Source: an uncultured Gemmatimonadaceae bacterium
Lineage (GTDB): Bacteria; Gemmatimonadota; Gemmatimonadetes; Gemmatimonadales; Gemmatimonadaceae
NCBI GenBank assembly: GCA_963751275.1
Contig: CAVVTZ010000009.1
Location: 192,001 to 256,000 of the forward strand
Reading direction: 5' to 3'
Length of the DNA: 64,000 nucleotides
In this document: positions 1 through 9,928 of the stretch, one piece after another
Position numbering within the stretch: position 1 is the stretch's first letter
Layout: each line of letters opens with the position of its first letter
The notes under the pieces: model-generated
The model's input: only the letters and a program-made list of their open reading frames with translations
What the model was told of the DNA's origin: nothing
Database searches by the model: none
Translations under genes and position numbers: made by a program

Positions 1-30
1 GTTCACTTCCCACTGACTCCCGAGGATCCC

Positions 31-471
31 GTGCACCACTCAGCCACCCGCTCGATCATTCTTGCATTGATGAGCCTCGCGCTCGCCTTCACCGCCGCCG
101 CGCAGCAGCCGGCCGCCGCGCCCGCTCCGGCGCCGGCCCCCGCGTCGGCCGTGTCGATGCCCATGCCGAAGCACGATTCCGCCGGCATGTGCGCCATGAT
201 GGACGCGAAGTCGTGCTCGATGATGAAAGAGCACATGGCCCAAGGCTGTCCGATGATGGCCGGCATGATGCACCCGGCCGGCCCGATGGGCGCTGCCGAG
301 CTCGCCAAGCCGGAGACGGCGCAGCAGCTCGCCGCGTTCGTGAGGAATTTCTACGACGCGCTCATCGCGAAGGGATTCTCCAAGGCCGACGCGCTCAAGA
401 TTGTGACCGAGATCGGTATCCCCAGCGTGAGCGCCGCTCCCATGGCACACCCGGCGCACGGCGCCATGTGA
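31..471 (+). CDS. Secreted hypothetical protein with Met/Cys/His-rich segment
   Basis: GTG start after GAGG; signal peptide ending AAA-QQ; MPMPKH...MCAMM...CSMMKEHM...CPMMAGMMH tract. Confidence 0.7.
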   Translation: MHHSATRSIILALMSLALAFTAAAQQPAAAPAPAPAPASAVSMPMPKHDSAGMCAMMDAKSCSMMKEHMAQGCPMMAGMMHPAGPMGAAELAKPETAQQLAAFVRNFYDALIAKGFSKADALKIVTEIGIPSVSAAPMAHPAHGAM

Positions 472-521
472 TCGCCGGCCGGCCGGCGTGCCCCGCGCGC
501 CGGCCGGCTGTAAGTTAGGAA

Positions 522-1055
522 ATGCCCGCTACCGTCTTCATCGCCACCAGCCTCGACGGCTTCATCGCGCGCGCCGACGGCACCTTCGACTGGCTGCCGC
601 CCCCCGCCGCCGATGAGGACTACGGCTTCGGCCCGTTCATGGAGAGCGTCGACGCGCTCGTCATCGGCCGCAAGACCTACGAGACCGCGCTCAGCTTCGG
701 CGGCTGGCCCTACGGCAAACGCCTCGTCATCGTCCTGAGCAGCCGCCCCATCGATTTCACCGTGGTGAAGGGCGCGAACGTGGAGCAGCTGTCCGGCGAA
801 CCCGCGGAGATCATCGCGAAGCTCGCCGCCCGCGGCGTGCACCAACTCTACGTGGATGGCGGCAACACGATCCAGCGATTCCTGCGCGCCGGCCTCATCG
901 ACCGTCTCGTCATCACGCGCGTCCCCATTCTGCTCGGTGGCGGCATCCCCCTCTTCGGCGCGCTCGCGCGCGACGTCCCGCTGCGGCACGTGTCCACGAA
1001 GTCGTATCCCAGCGGATTGGTGCAGAGCGAGTACGTACCGGCGCTCGCGAGGTGA
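522..1055 (+). CDS. Dihydrofolate reductase-like / RibD C-terminal domain protein
   Basis: FIATSLDGFIA, GRKTYE, YVDGG, PILLGGGIPLF motifs; AGGA RBS. Confidence 0.9.
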   Translation: MPATVFIATSLDGFIARADGTFDWLPPPAADEDYGFGPFMESVDALVIGRKTYETALSFGGWPYGKRLVIVLSSRPIDFTVVKGANVEQLSGEPAEIIAKLAARGVHQLYVDGGNTIQRFLRAGLIDRLVITRVPILLGGGIPLFGALARDVPLRHVSTKSYPSGLVQSEYVPALAR

Positions 1056-2152
1056 GCCGGAAGGCGAGCACCGCGCCCGACATCCGGGCCGCGACTTCCG
1101 CGTACGAAGGGTGGCTCGGCAAGCGCATCCCGCTCATCGCCGCCGACCTCTCGCGGAAGCACGCCCTGATGCGCGCCGACCGCCTCACCTTCCTGCGTGC
1201 GACGTACTATCGCTGGGCGCAGCGCTGGCCCGAGGTGTGCGCCACGGAGGTGAGCGCGCCGCGCATTCTCGCGGTGGGAGATCTGCACGTGGACAATTTC
1301 GGCACCTGGCGCGATGCCGAGGGGCGGCTCGTGTGGGGGGTGAACGACCTCGATGAAGCATGGCGCCTGCCGTACACGAACGATCTCGTGCGGCTCACCG
1401 TATCGGCGCGGATGGCGGTGGAGGAGCACAGCCTGAACCTCGATGCCGACACCGCCGCGGACACGATCCTCGACGGTTATCGCGAGGGACTCGAAGGACC
1501 GGCCGTGCCCTTCGTGCTCGCCGAGGCGCACCCCGCGCTGCACAAGATCGCCACGGCGCGCCTCAAGAGTCCCGAGACGTTCTGGGACAGACTGCGCGCA
1601 TCGCGCTTCGTGTCGCAGCCGGTGCCGGCGGCGGCGCTCATTGCATTGCGCCGCGCGATGCCGGACCACGAGATGCCCACGCGCATCATGCACCGCATCG
1701 CGGGTGTGGGATCGCTGGGCCGCCCACGCTATGTGGCGGTGAAGGAATGGCACGGCGGCCTCGTGGCGCGCGAGGCGAAGCCGATCATCGCGTCGGCGGC
1801 CGCATGGGCCGCCGGGCACAGTGCGAGCGTGTCGGCGCTGTACGCCGCGCTGCTCGAGATCGCGGTGCGCTGCCCCGACCCGTTCGTCTTCCCCATGGGC
1901 CGCTGGCTCGTGCGGCGCCTCGCACCCGACTGTTCGCGGATCGACCTCGACGCGCTGCCCCGCGAGCGCGACGAAGCGCGCCTCATGCACGCGATGGGAC
2001 GCGAGACCGCGAACGTGCATCTCGGGTCGCTCCCGGCGAAGCGGCTCGCGGCGGACCTGCGGAAGCGGCCGAAGGGCTGGCTGCGCAAGGCGGCCAACCG
2101 CATGACGCTCGAGATCGAACGGGACTGGAAGGAGTGGCGCAAAGGGCGGTAG
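1052..2152 (+). CDS. DUF2252 family (kinase-like fold) protein
   Basis: FLRATYYRW, GDLHVDNFG, NDLDEA, AGVGSLG motifs; GTGA overlap with upstream stop. Confidence 0.8.
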   Translation: MSRKASTAPDIRAATSAYEGWLGKRIPLIAADLSRKHALMRADRLTFLRATYYRWAQRWPEVCATEVSAPRILAVGDLHVDNFGTWRDAEGRLVWGVNDLDEAWRLPYTNDLVRLTVSARMAVEEHSLNLDADTAADTILDGYREGLEGPAVPFVLAEAHPALHKIATARLKSPETFWDRLRASRFVSQPVPAAALIALRRAMPDHEMPTRIMHRIAGVGSLGRPRYVAVKEWHGGLVAREAKPIIASAAAWAAGHSASVSALYAALLEIAVRCPDPFVFPMGRWLVRRLAPDCSRIDLDALPRERDEARLMHAMGRETANVHLGSLPAKRLAADLRKRPKGWLRKAANRMTLEIERDWKEWRKGR

Positions 2153-2191
2153 ATTCGCCGAGTCCCACCCTGACCGCAGAGCGAGGCCACA

Positions 2192-2734
2192 ATGCCACCC
2201 GACGCGCGCGCGCCGATCACCGTCCGCTTCATGTTCACGCTCGACGAACTCGCCGAGGTCGCCGAGCGGGGCGTGACGAGCCGTCCATCGCACCACCGCC
2301 GCCGGCTCAACAGCGCGATTTTGGTGGGCCTCGCCGCCGCCGGTGGCGCCTATCTCGCGACCGCCACGCGGCCGGGCTCGGGCATGATCTACATCCTCGC
2401 GGCGTTCGTGATCGCCACCGGCGCGGTCTACTTCCTGGTGCCGCTGATGTACCGCCCCCGGATCATGGAGCTCCTCCGCGAGCGCGTGCCGGGCGACGGC
2501 CCCTTCGAGTGCGTCGTCACGCTCGATGCCTCGGGCGTCACCTTCAAGCAGCTTGGCATGACCATCATCCGCGAGTGGCCGGCAATGAAGGCCGTTGCCG
2601 AGGGCAAGAACGGCATCGAACTCCTCGGCCGCGATGGCAGCATCTCCCTCGTCCGCGAGCGCGCCTTCGGGACTGCTCGCGACCGAGCGGATTTCATTGC
2701 GTATGCGCGGGAGATGCTCGCACCGGCTCGCTGA
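2192..2734 (+). CDS. YcxB-like membrane protein
   Basis: Two TM helices then a soluble C-terminal domain (REWPAM...RERAFG); GAGG RBS. Confidence 0.6.
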   Translation: MPPDARAPITVRFMFTLDELAEVAERGVTSRPSHHRRRLNSAILVGLAAAGGAYLATATRPGSGMIYILAAFVIATGAVYFLVPLMYRPRIMELLRERVPGDGPFECVVTLDASGVTFKQLGMTIIREWPAMKAVAEGKNGIELLGRDGSISLVRERAFGTARDRADFIAYAREMLAPAR

Positions 2735-2759
2735 AGACCGCGGAGCGCGGTGCAGGGGT

Positions 2760-2973
2760 CACTACAACTGCTTGTACGCGGATTCCGCGGAATCCGCGGA
2801 TCACGCGGAAGGCCCTGCGAGGCGACGGAGCCCCTCGCGCCGAGTCGCTGCCGTGTCTTTGTTGTTAACCACAGGAACACAGCCTCGATCAAGCGTGAGG
2901 AGCTTTCATCGCGCTCCGAGCGATCCGCGTGATCCGCGGATTCCGCGGAATCCGCGTGCAAGCAGTTGCGGTG
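2760..2973. repeat. Core-arm palindromic element, copy A
   Basis: 50-bp inverted arms 2760-2809 / 2924-2973 with 3 mismatches; CGGA at 2779, 2788, 2797, 2806; GTTAAC at 2864-2869, exactly central. Confidence 0.95.
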
Positions 2974-3002
2974 GATCTGAGTATCCTCGTGATGCCAGAA
3001 TG

Positions 3003-3035
3003 AAAAAAGCGGCGGGCGATGATCTCGCCCGCCGC
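3003..3035 (-). terminator. Rho-independent terminator
   Basis: 11-bp stem GCGGCGGGCGA/TCGCCCGCCGC; A6 on + strand gives a U-tract on - strand, just past the stop at 3061. Confidence 0.75.
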
Positions 3036-3060
3036 CTTGCTGTTGCCCAACGCCCAGTCC

Positions 3061-5068
3061 CTACATTGTCTCCTTGCCGAGCATCTTCACGACGCCGGCC
3101 AGCACGCCGACCTTCGCGGGATCGCCGGCGCCCTTCTCGTCGGCATCGAGCGACGCCGCGAGCTTGTTCAGTTCGTCGTTGCGAGCCGCAGCCGACGCCT
3201 TCTCGGCGCGGCCGAGCGCCTCACGCGCGTCCTTGATCTTGCCGCTCGCCAGACCGTCCATGCGCTCGAGCTGGTCGAGGTACGCACGCGCCAGCACGAA
3301 CGTCGCCGGCCACACGAGCTTCGGCTGACCCTGCGTGTTGAGGTAGTCGAAGTGCACCGTCTTCGCCGCCGCGATCTCGTTCGCCGAGAGATACGGGCTC
3401 GGCGTCAGCTCGAAGATGTCGAGACCGCGCGCGATCTCGGAGCTGACGATGTAGCCGTTGTACCAGTACGCCGACCACGACTCCGCCCATCGCCATGCGC
3501 GGTCGAGTCGACCGGGCCGCGGTCGAAGAAGGCGATCTCCTTCGGGTGCGCCGGCGTCGGTCCAGTCGAACACCGAGATGCCGCCCTGGTACCACGCCTG
3601 CACCATGACGTCGCGCCCGGGGATCGGGATCAGCGACGCCGTTGTGCGCCACGCAGTTCTCCTGCGCCGTCTGCGGCGCCGGCATCTTGTAGTAGCCCTG
3701 GAACACCATCTTGCCGTCCTCGATCGTGAAGATCGCGTCGGCGCCCCAGTCCTTCGGGTCCGTCGCGCGGCACTTCGGCGCGCCGCCGCCGCCCCACTCG
3801 TCGGAGAAGAGGATCTTCGGTGCCGTCGTTGTTGAACGTCGCCGAGTGCCAGTAGCGAGAAGTTCGAGTCGGCCACCGCGTCGAGGCGCGTCGGGTGCGC
3901 CGGGTCGCGGATGTCGAGCAGCAGGCCGTAGCCCTCGCACGCGCCGCCCGCCAGCCCGATCGCCGGATAGACCGTGATGTCGTGGCACTGCGTCGGGCCG
4001 GGACGCGGGCGTGGCCCGGCGTGACCGGCGTAATCGCCGCATCTGTCATGATCGCCTGTAGGTGCGCCGCGCAGCGCCGCGCTGTCGGCCGCCGTCGGCG
4101 CGCCCGTGCCGCCGCGCGCCTTCACGACGCTGTCGAGCATCGGATCGACGAACTGCGGCGAGGAGCACGACGCTGCGGCCGAGCACGTCCACCATGAAGC
4201 GCGCCCTTCGCGCGCGCCGAGTCGGCCGCGCCTTGTTCGCGGCGGCGATGTCCTGCGCGCGCCTCGCCGTGCGCCGGCGGCGCTGGCTCAGATCGTCGAA
4301 GATCCGCGGCGAGCTGACGATCGCGGCCTGCTCCGGATGCGCGAGCGGCACCTTGATCACCTCGATGCGGAACAGCGCCGAGTTCGGATCCTGGTCGGGC
4401 GCCGCGCTCGAGCAGCCCGCGCAGCTCGTTCGGCGAGCGCACGCCGCGCCGAGCCCGAGATGTAGATGTAGACGTTGTCCGGGTCCTTCGGATCGATCGA
4501 GCACCGTGTGCGTGTGCGAGCCGCGGCAGGTCTGCACGTTGGCGACGTACTTCGGATGCGCGATGTCGCTGATGTCGAAGATGCGGATACCGCGCATACG
4601 CTCCTGGCTCACCGTGTCCTTGCACGCCTTCGGTGCCGCAGTCGAGGCGGCCGGTGGTCGCTTCCCGGACACGAACAGCAGGTTCTTGTAGACCGACACG
4701 TCGCTCTGCGACGCCGGACAGACGTAACGCGACCTTGAGCGTCGGGCTTGCTCGGGGTTGGAGATGTCCCAGATCTGGATAGCCGCAGTAGTTGCCCTGG
4801 ATCACGTAGTTGCCGAGGAAGGCGAGGTCGGAGTTGCGTCTGCCCCGACGAACTTCTCGGAGGGCCGGCGTATTCGAGACCAGCCGCATGTTCCACGCCG
4901 CCTCGCCGGCGTCCCACAGGCCGGCCTTGAGGCCGACGCGCGGATCGGGGCTGCGGCGCCGACGACGTTGCAAGCTCTGCGATGCCGGGTGCTGTGCGAT
5001 GCGGCCGCGGAGCATGCAGGGCGGCGGCGAGCACTGAGCGAGCGGCGCGAGTGATGCGGGAATGCCAT
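3061..5068 (-). CDS. LVIVD-repeat (beta-propeller-like) secreted protein, multiply frameshifted
   Basis: Fragments across frames: NSDLAFLGNYVIQGNY, VQTCRGSHTHT, QCHDITVYP, FSDEWGGG, ENCVAHNG, QAWYQGGISVFD, WSAYWYNG. Confidence 0.75.
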
Positions 5069-5082
5069 GGTTGCGCGATCCT

Positions 5083-5763
5083 CTACGGAGCGGTGGGGGG
5101 AAGGGCGGCGAGCATCTGTTCATGCGGGCGATCTCGGTGGTCTGATCGACCTGCACGTCGTTCGCGAACTTGAAGACGAGTTCGTCCTCGCCGGCGCCGT
5201 CGGTGCGCGAAGAGCTCGTTGACCATCTGCACGGCACCCGTGTGGTGCTGGATCATGTCGGTGAGGAAGAGCCGGTCGAACTCGGTGCCGCGCGCGGCGT
5301 CGAGCTGCCTTCATCTGCGCGGCGGTGAGCATGCCGGGCATGAGCATGGTCATGCTCCATGCCGTCCATCATCATCTTCATGCCGTTCGGGATCGGCGTC
5401 GGGCACCGGCTAGCTGCCGGTCGATGCAGCCACTGCTGCATGAGTGACGATCTCGTCGGTCTGCGCATTGATGATGCGCGCGGCGAGGGTCTGGATGGAC
5501 GGGCTCGCGCCGTGCGTCGGCGCCCACTTGGCCATGACGACGGCCTGCGCGTGGTGGCCGATCATCCCCTGCATGAAGTGGACGTCCGCCTCGACGTACG
5601 GATGGCGGAGGCTGTCGGCCTTGGCCTTGGCGATCGCCGCGGCATCGGGTTGGACGACACCGGGCTGGACGTTCCCCGGCGCGACGTTCTGCGCCGCGGC
5701 CGAGAAGGCGAGCGAACCCGCCGCGATCGCGGCGAGGACGGTGCGGATACGTGGGGTCATCAT
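5083..5763 (-). CDS. DUF305 family protein, frameshifted; 3' end approximate
   Basis: ADVHFMQGMIGHHAQAVVMA, MPGMLTAAQM, DQTTEIARM; signal peptide. Confidence 0.8.
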
Positions 5764-6073
5764 GAGCCTGATTCTCCAGCGGGGCGGCGTTCACGCGCCC
5801 TTGGTTGTGACGGTGAGACGAGCCCTTGAGTTTGCAGCGCGGACGCGCCCAATGCAACCCGGGCATCGGGTCGATTAATACGCTCGGCGCGGCGGGTTCG
5901 TTGGGGGTTCAGGCGCGCAACACGAACTAACTGCTTTGCACGGGATCGCGGAACAGGATGCACGGAATTGACCAGTGATGGACTGCGCCGGCGCCAGGTC
6001 GCGGTCATCTTGTCAATCAACCGATCACAGCCTGACTGGTCATGGAGCACTTCGCCTCAAGGAGCAGTTAGCG

Positions 6074-8353
6074 TCATTCGTGGTTCGCTGCCCCGCGCGC
6101 AGAGACCGAGCGACGATCACAGAGCTTCATCTTCGCGACCAGCGCCTCGAATCGCTTCATGCCGCGCAGTCCGTCGAGGATCGGGTTCACGCGAAGGTAG
6201 GCCATGAAGCCGCGGCGGTCATCGTAGGAGCGCTCGAGCCAGTCGAGCGTCTCGTCCCAGTTCTCCAGTCCCAGGTGCGCGGTCGCGAAGGCCACCGGCG
6301 ACACGTAGTCGTGCTCGGCGAGCTCGTGCAGCTGCTCGAGCTCCAACTCGGCTTCGCGGCGGCGGCCCGCGCGCGCGAGCACGTACGCGAGCGTCGCCCG
6401 GTTGTACGTGCCGCCCTTCGACAGCGCGCACGCCTCGCGCGCGTCACGCTCCGCGCGCGCGTGATCGCCGAGCATGGCGTGGCAGAGCGCGGCCACGCGA
6501 TAGGTCTCGTCGGCCTCGGGGTTCATCGCGATCGCGCGCTCGAGCCGCGGGCGTCCCTCCGCATAGCGCCGCGCGTAGTAGTAGATCCACCCCATCGTGC
6601 GCCGCATCGACACCGACGCGGGGTCCAGCTCCACCGCGCGCTGCGCTTCCGCGATCGCTTCATCGTGCCGCCCGCGCGACGTGAGCCAGAACGAGTACCA
6701 CTGGTGCGCCGTGGCGTAGCCCGGGTCCAACTCCATCGCGCGCGCGAATTCCCGCCGCGACTCCTCCCAGTTCCAGTCGTAGACGAACAGGCTCCACGCG
6801 AGCGACGCGTGCGCCTCCGCGACGGTGTCGTCCAGCGCCAGTGATTTGCGCGCGTACTCTTCGGCCAGCGCGAAGCCTTCCTGCACCGGCACGTTGCGGT
6901 AGTCGATCTGCAGCGAGTACGAATCGGCGAGGCCCGTGTACGCCTGCGCGTACTTCGGGTCGAGCGCGATCGCCTGCTCGAAATAGCGGATCGCCTCGGT
7001 GACGCCCTCCTGCGTGCGCTTGTTCCAGGCGTAGCGGCCCTTGAGATAGAGCCCGTACGCCTCGACGTTCGCGGTGCGGGGGGTCCAGGGCGGCTCGGCG
7101 AGCTGCACGAAGGTGAGCGCGCGCAGCGTTTCCACGATCGTGCGCGCCAGCTCTTCCTGGATGGCGAAGACATCCTCGAGCGTGCGGTCGTACCGTTCCG
7201 ACCAGACGACGCGGCCGTCGTCGGTGGTGGTGAGCTGCGCCGTCACGCGCAGCCGCTGGCCGGCGCGGCGCACCGTGCCCTCGAGCACCCACGCCGCGTC
7301 GAACTGCGCGCCGATCGCGCGCACGTCCTGCGGCTTCCCCTTGAGCGCGAACACCGAGGTGCGCGACGCGACGCGCAGGCCGTGCACCTTGGCGAGCGCG
7401 TCGATCAGTTCATCGGTGATCCCATCGCTCAGGTATTCCGTGTCCGGCTCGGGGCTCGCATTCACGAACGGGAGCACCACGATGCCGCGTCCCGCGCGCG
7501 GCTCCGCGGGCGCGTCGGTGCCGTCGCTCTGGAGCGCCGAGACGAACTCGATGATCGACGGGTAGCGCTCGTCGGGATCCTTCGCGAGCGCGCGCGTGAG
7601 GGCGCGCTCGACGCGCGTGGGCACCTCGGGGCGCATGGTGCGCACGGGACGGGGCGTCTCGGTCACCTGCTTCGCCATCGTCGAGCGCGACCCTGATCCG
7701 CGGAGCGGCGGCTCTCCGGCGAGCATCTCGTACGCGACGCAGGCGAGACTGTAGGTGTCGGTGGAGAAGGTGGCGTCGTCGTCGCCTGCCGCCTGCTCGG
7801 GGCTCATGTATTCCGGGGTGCCGAGCACCATGCCGGATTCCGTGATGATCTCCGGCGCCGCGTCACAGCAGACGCGCGCGATGCCGAAATCGGAGAGCAC
7901 CGCGTGGCCGTCGGCGAAGAGGATGTTCTCCGGCTTCACATCGCGGTGGATGTAGCCTTCGCGGTGCGCGTAATCGAGCGCCGAGCCGATGTCGCGCACG
8001 ATGCGCAGCACCTCGGCGAGCGGCATGCGGCCGCTCTGCTGGATGCGCTGGCGCAGCGACCCCTCGCGCACGTACGGGCTCACGTAGTAGAGGAAGCCAT
8101 CGGCCTCGCCCGAGTCGTACAGCGGCAGGATGTGCGGGTGCGCGAGCCGCGCCGCGATCTCGATCTCCTGCAGGAACCGCTCGGCGCCGAGCGCCGCCGC
8201 GAGCTCGGGGCGCAACACTTTCACCGCGACCTTGCGATGATGCTTGAGGTCGTCGGCCAGATAGACCGTAGCCATCCCCCCACTCCCCAGTTCGCCGGAG
8301 ATGGCGTACCGGGGAGAGAGCGCGGATTGCAGGGCGCCGAGCGGAGCCGTCAT
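6074..8353 (-). CDS. Ser/Thr protein kinase with TolB-like and TPR C-terminal domains
   Basis: GSGGMATVY, VAVK, HRDVKPEN, DFG, GTPEYMSPEQ; IVVLPFVN...YLSDGIT; TPR helices. Confidence 0.92.
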   Translation of the reverse strand: MTAPLGALQSALSPRYAISGELGSGGMATVYLADDLKHHRKVAVKVLRPELAAALGAERFLQEIEIAARLAHPHILPLYDSGEADGFLYYVSPYVREGSLRQRIQQSGRMPLAEVLRIVRDIGSALDYAHREGYIHRDVKPENILFADGHAVLSDFGIARVCCDAAPEIITESGMVLGTPEYMSPEQAAGDDDATFSTDTYSLACVAYEMLAGEPPLRGSGSRSTMAKQVTETPRPVRTMRPEVPTRVERALTRALAKDPDERYPSIIEFVSALQSDGTDAPAEPRAGRGIVVLPFVNASPEPDTEYLSDGITDELIDALAKVHGLRVASRTSVFALKGKPQDVRAIGAQFDAAWVLEGTVRRAGQRLRVTAQLTTTDDGRVVWSERYDRTLEDVFAIQEELARTIVETLRALTFVQLAEPPWTPRTANVEAYGLYLKGRYAWNKRTQEGVTEAIRYFEQAIALDPKYAQAYTGLADSYSLQIDYRNVPVQEGFALAEEYARKSLALDDTVAEAHASLAWSLFVYDWNWEESRREFARAMELDPGYATAHQWYSFWLTSRGRHDEAIAEAQRAVELDPASVSMRRTMGWIYYYARRYAEGRPRLERAIAMNPEADETYRVAALCHAMLGDHARAERDAREACALSKGGTYNRATLAYVLARAGRRREAELELEQLHELAEHDYVSPVAFATAHLGLENWDETLDWLERSYDDRRGFMAYLRVNPILDGLRGMKRFEALVAKMKLCDRRSVSARGAANHE

Positions 8354-8405
8354 AAGGGAAATATCCCTGATTCCGGCGCGCGGGGCCACTGACCGAAGTG
8401 TGCGG

Positions 8406-8639
8406 TTGTCGTTAACAAGGAAATCGGATCTTCATCCACGCCCTCGGAGCCATTCGGTTGCAAGGTCCCTTCCGCGTACTCCGCGCATTCCGCGTGATCC
8501 GCGTGGAAGCAGTTGTAGTTAGAGAACGACAACTGCTTCCACGCGGAACGCGCGGAATGCGCGGAGTGCGCGGAATGCTCAGGGCGCGCGGATGGCGCCG
8601 CGAGTGTCAGCCGGGTCATTCACTTGTGGTTAACTGCAA
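8406..8639. repeat. Inside-out core-arm element (core, right arm, left arm, core), copy B/C
   Basis: GTTAAC at 8411-8416 and 8629-8634; arms ~8470-8520 and ~8525-8575 back to back; CGGA at 8544, 8553, 8562, 8571. Confidence 0.9.
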
Positions 8640-8687
8640 GAACGGGAAGATTCGATAGGACATACTTACACCGGGAGACCGCATCAC

Positions 8688-9479
8688 GTGATCACTCGCC
8701 TCGGACTCCGCACCGCTGCCGTTCTTGCCGGGCTCTCGATCGCCGCCGCATCCCGTGCGCAGGGCGCGCCAGCCACCGGGATCGCGCTCTTCGAGCAGAT
8801 GCGCCAGGCCTATCAGGGGAAGTGGTACTCCACGGTCACGTTCGTGCAGAAGACCACCACGAAGCGCGCCGACGGCTCCGATTCCGTCGCCACCTGGTAC
8901 GAGAGCCTGCGCTACACCCAGCCGCGTGGCTCGCAGCTCCGCATCGACTTCGGCCCGCCCGCGCTGGGCAACGGCGTGCTCTATACCGCGGATTCGCTCT
9001 GGGTGATGAAGGCCGGCCAGCTCGCCGCGACGCGCGGGCACGGCAATGCGCTCCTGCCGCTGATCGATGGCGTGTACATGCAGCCGGCGGCGCGCACCGG
9101 CGCGGAGCTCGCCTCCACGGGCGTGGACCTCACGCGCAGGCCGGTGCTCGCGCAGTGGGAAGGGAAGACCGTGTGGATCATCGGCGTGGCCTCGGCGGCC
9201 GACACTGTGTCGCCGCGATTCGTCGTCGACTCGGCGACGCTCAACGTCGTGCGCGCGGTGTTCAGCCTCTCGCCGGGACGCGAGATCGATGCGCGGTTCA
9301 AGGACCTCGTGCGCGTGGGCGGCGGCTGGCTCGCCGTACGCTGTGAGTTCTACGAGCATGGCACGCTCGCGACCACCGAGGAATATTCCGACTGGAAGGG
9401 GAACGTCGAGCTGCCCGCATCGCTCTTCGACATCACCCAATGGAGCGCGGGCCCGCACTGGGCGGCGCCCGCGAAGTGA
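8688..9479 (+). CDS. Secreted hypothetical protein (possible LolA-like fold)
   Basis: GGAG RBS, signal peptide, WYSTVTFVQ...TWYE...LRID; host-like codon usage. Confidence 0.7.
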   Translation: MITRLGLRTAAVLAGLSIAAASRAQGAPATGIALFEQMRQAYQGKWYSTVTFVQKTTTKRADGSDSVATWYESLRYTQPRGSQLRIDFGPPALGNGVLYTADSLWVMKAGQLAATRGHGNALLPLIDGVYMQPAARTGAELASTGVDLTRRPVLAQWEGKTVWIIGVASAADTVSPRFVVDSATLNVVRAVFSLSPGREIDARFKDLVRVGGGWLAVRCEFYEHGTLATTEEYSDWKGNVELPASLFDITQWSAGPHWAAPAK

Positions 9480-9483
9480 ACCC

Positions 9484-9927
9484 ATGTCGCCTGAGCCGAT
9501 CACCTTCCATCGCGCCACGCCGATCGTGCGCGTCCGCGATCTGGCCGTCAGCGTCGAGCACTACGCCACGGCTCTCGGATTCACGGTCGATTGGCACGAC
9601 CGCGGCATCATGGCGGGCGTGAGCCGCGAGAAATGCCACCTCATGCTCTGCGAAGGCGACCAGGGGCATTTCGGCAGCTGGGTGTGGATCGGCGTGAGCG
9701 ATGCCGTGGCGCTCGAGAAGGAACTGCGCGGCCGGGGCGCGAAGATCCGGCATCCGGCTACCAACTATCCTTGGGCGATCGAGGTGCAGGTGGAGGATCC
9801 CGACGGCAACGTGCTGCGCTTCGGCTCGGACGAAGATCCCGCGAAGCCGGCCGGCGAGTGGCTCGATGCCACCGGCGCACGCTGGGAGATGAAGGCCGGA
9901 GGAGGCTGGAAGCGCGTGGAGGAATGA
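9484..9927 (+). CDS. VOC / glyoxalase / bleomycin-resistance family protein
   Basis: PIVRVRDL...YATALGF, YPWAIEVQVEDPDGNVLRFG. Confidence 0.88.
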   Translation: MSPEPITFHRATPIVRVRDLAVSVEHYATALGFTVDWHDRGIMAGVSREKCHLMLCEGDQGHFGSWVWIGVSDAVALEKELRGRGAKIRHPATNYPWAIEVQVEDPDGNVLRFGSDEDPAKPAGEWLDATGARWEMKAGGGWKRVEE

Positions 9928-9928
9928 G

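Noticed and set aside
2595..3236. ORFs crossing the palindromes (ADSAESADHAE-, RINRM-, MNMMCMM-type peptides; also near 8.4, 23.9, 36.8, 38.4, 43.2 and 61.5 kb)
   Set aside because: They are by-products of the 9-bp periodicity, appear on both strands, and lack RBS or consistent starts.
5921..6080. Possible degenerate core-arm element (CTAACTGCT / AGCAGTTAG ends, GGA units)
   Set aside because: GGA spacing is irregular, there is no GTTAAC core, and the inner and outer inverted repeats have different centres; too weak to call.
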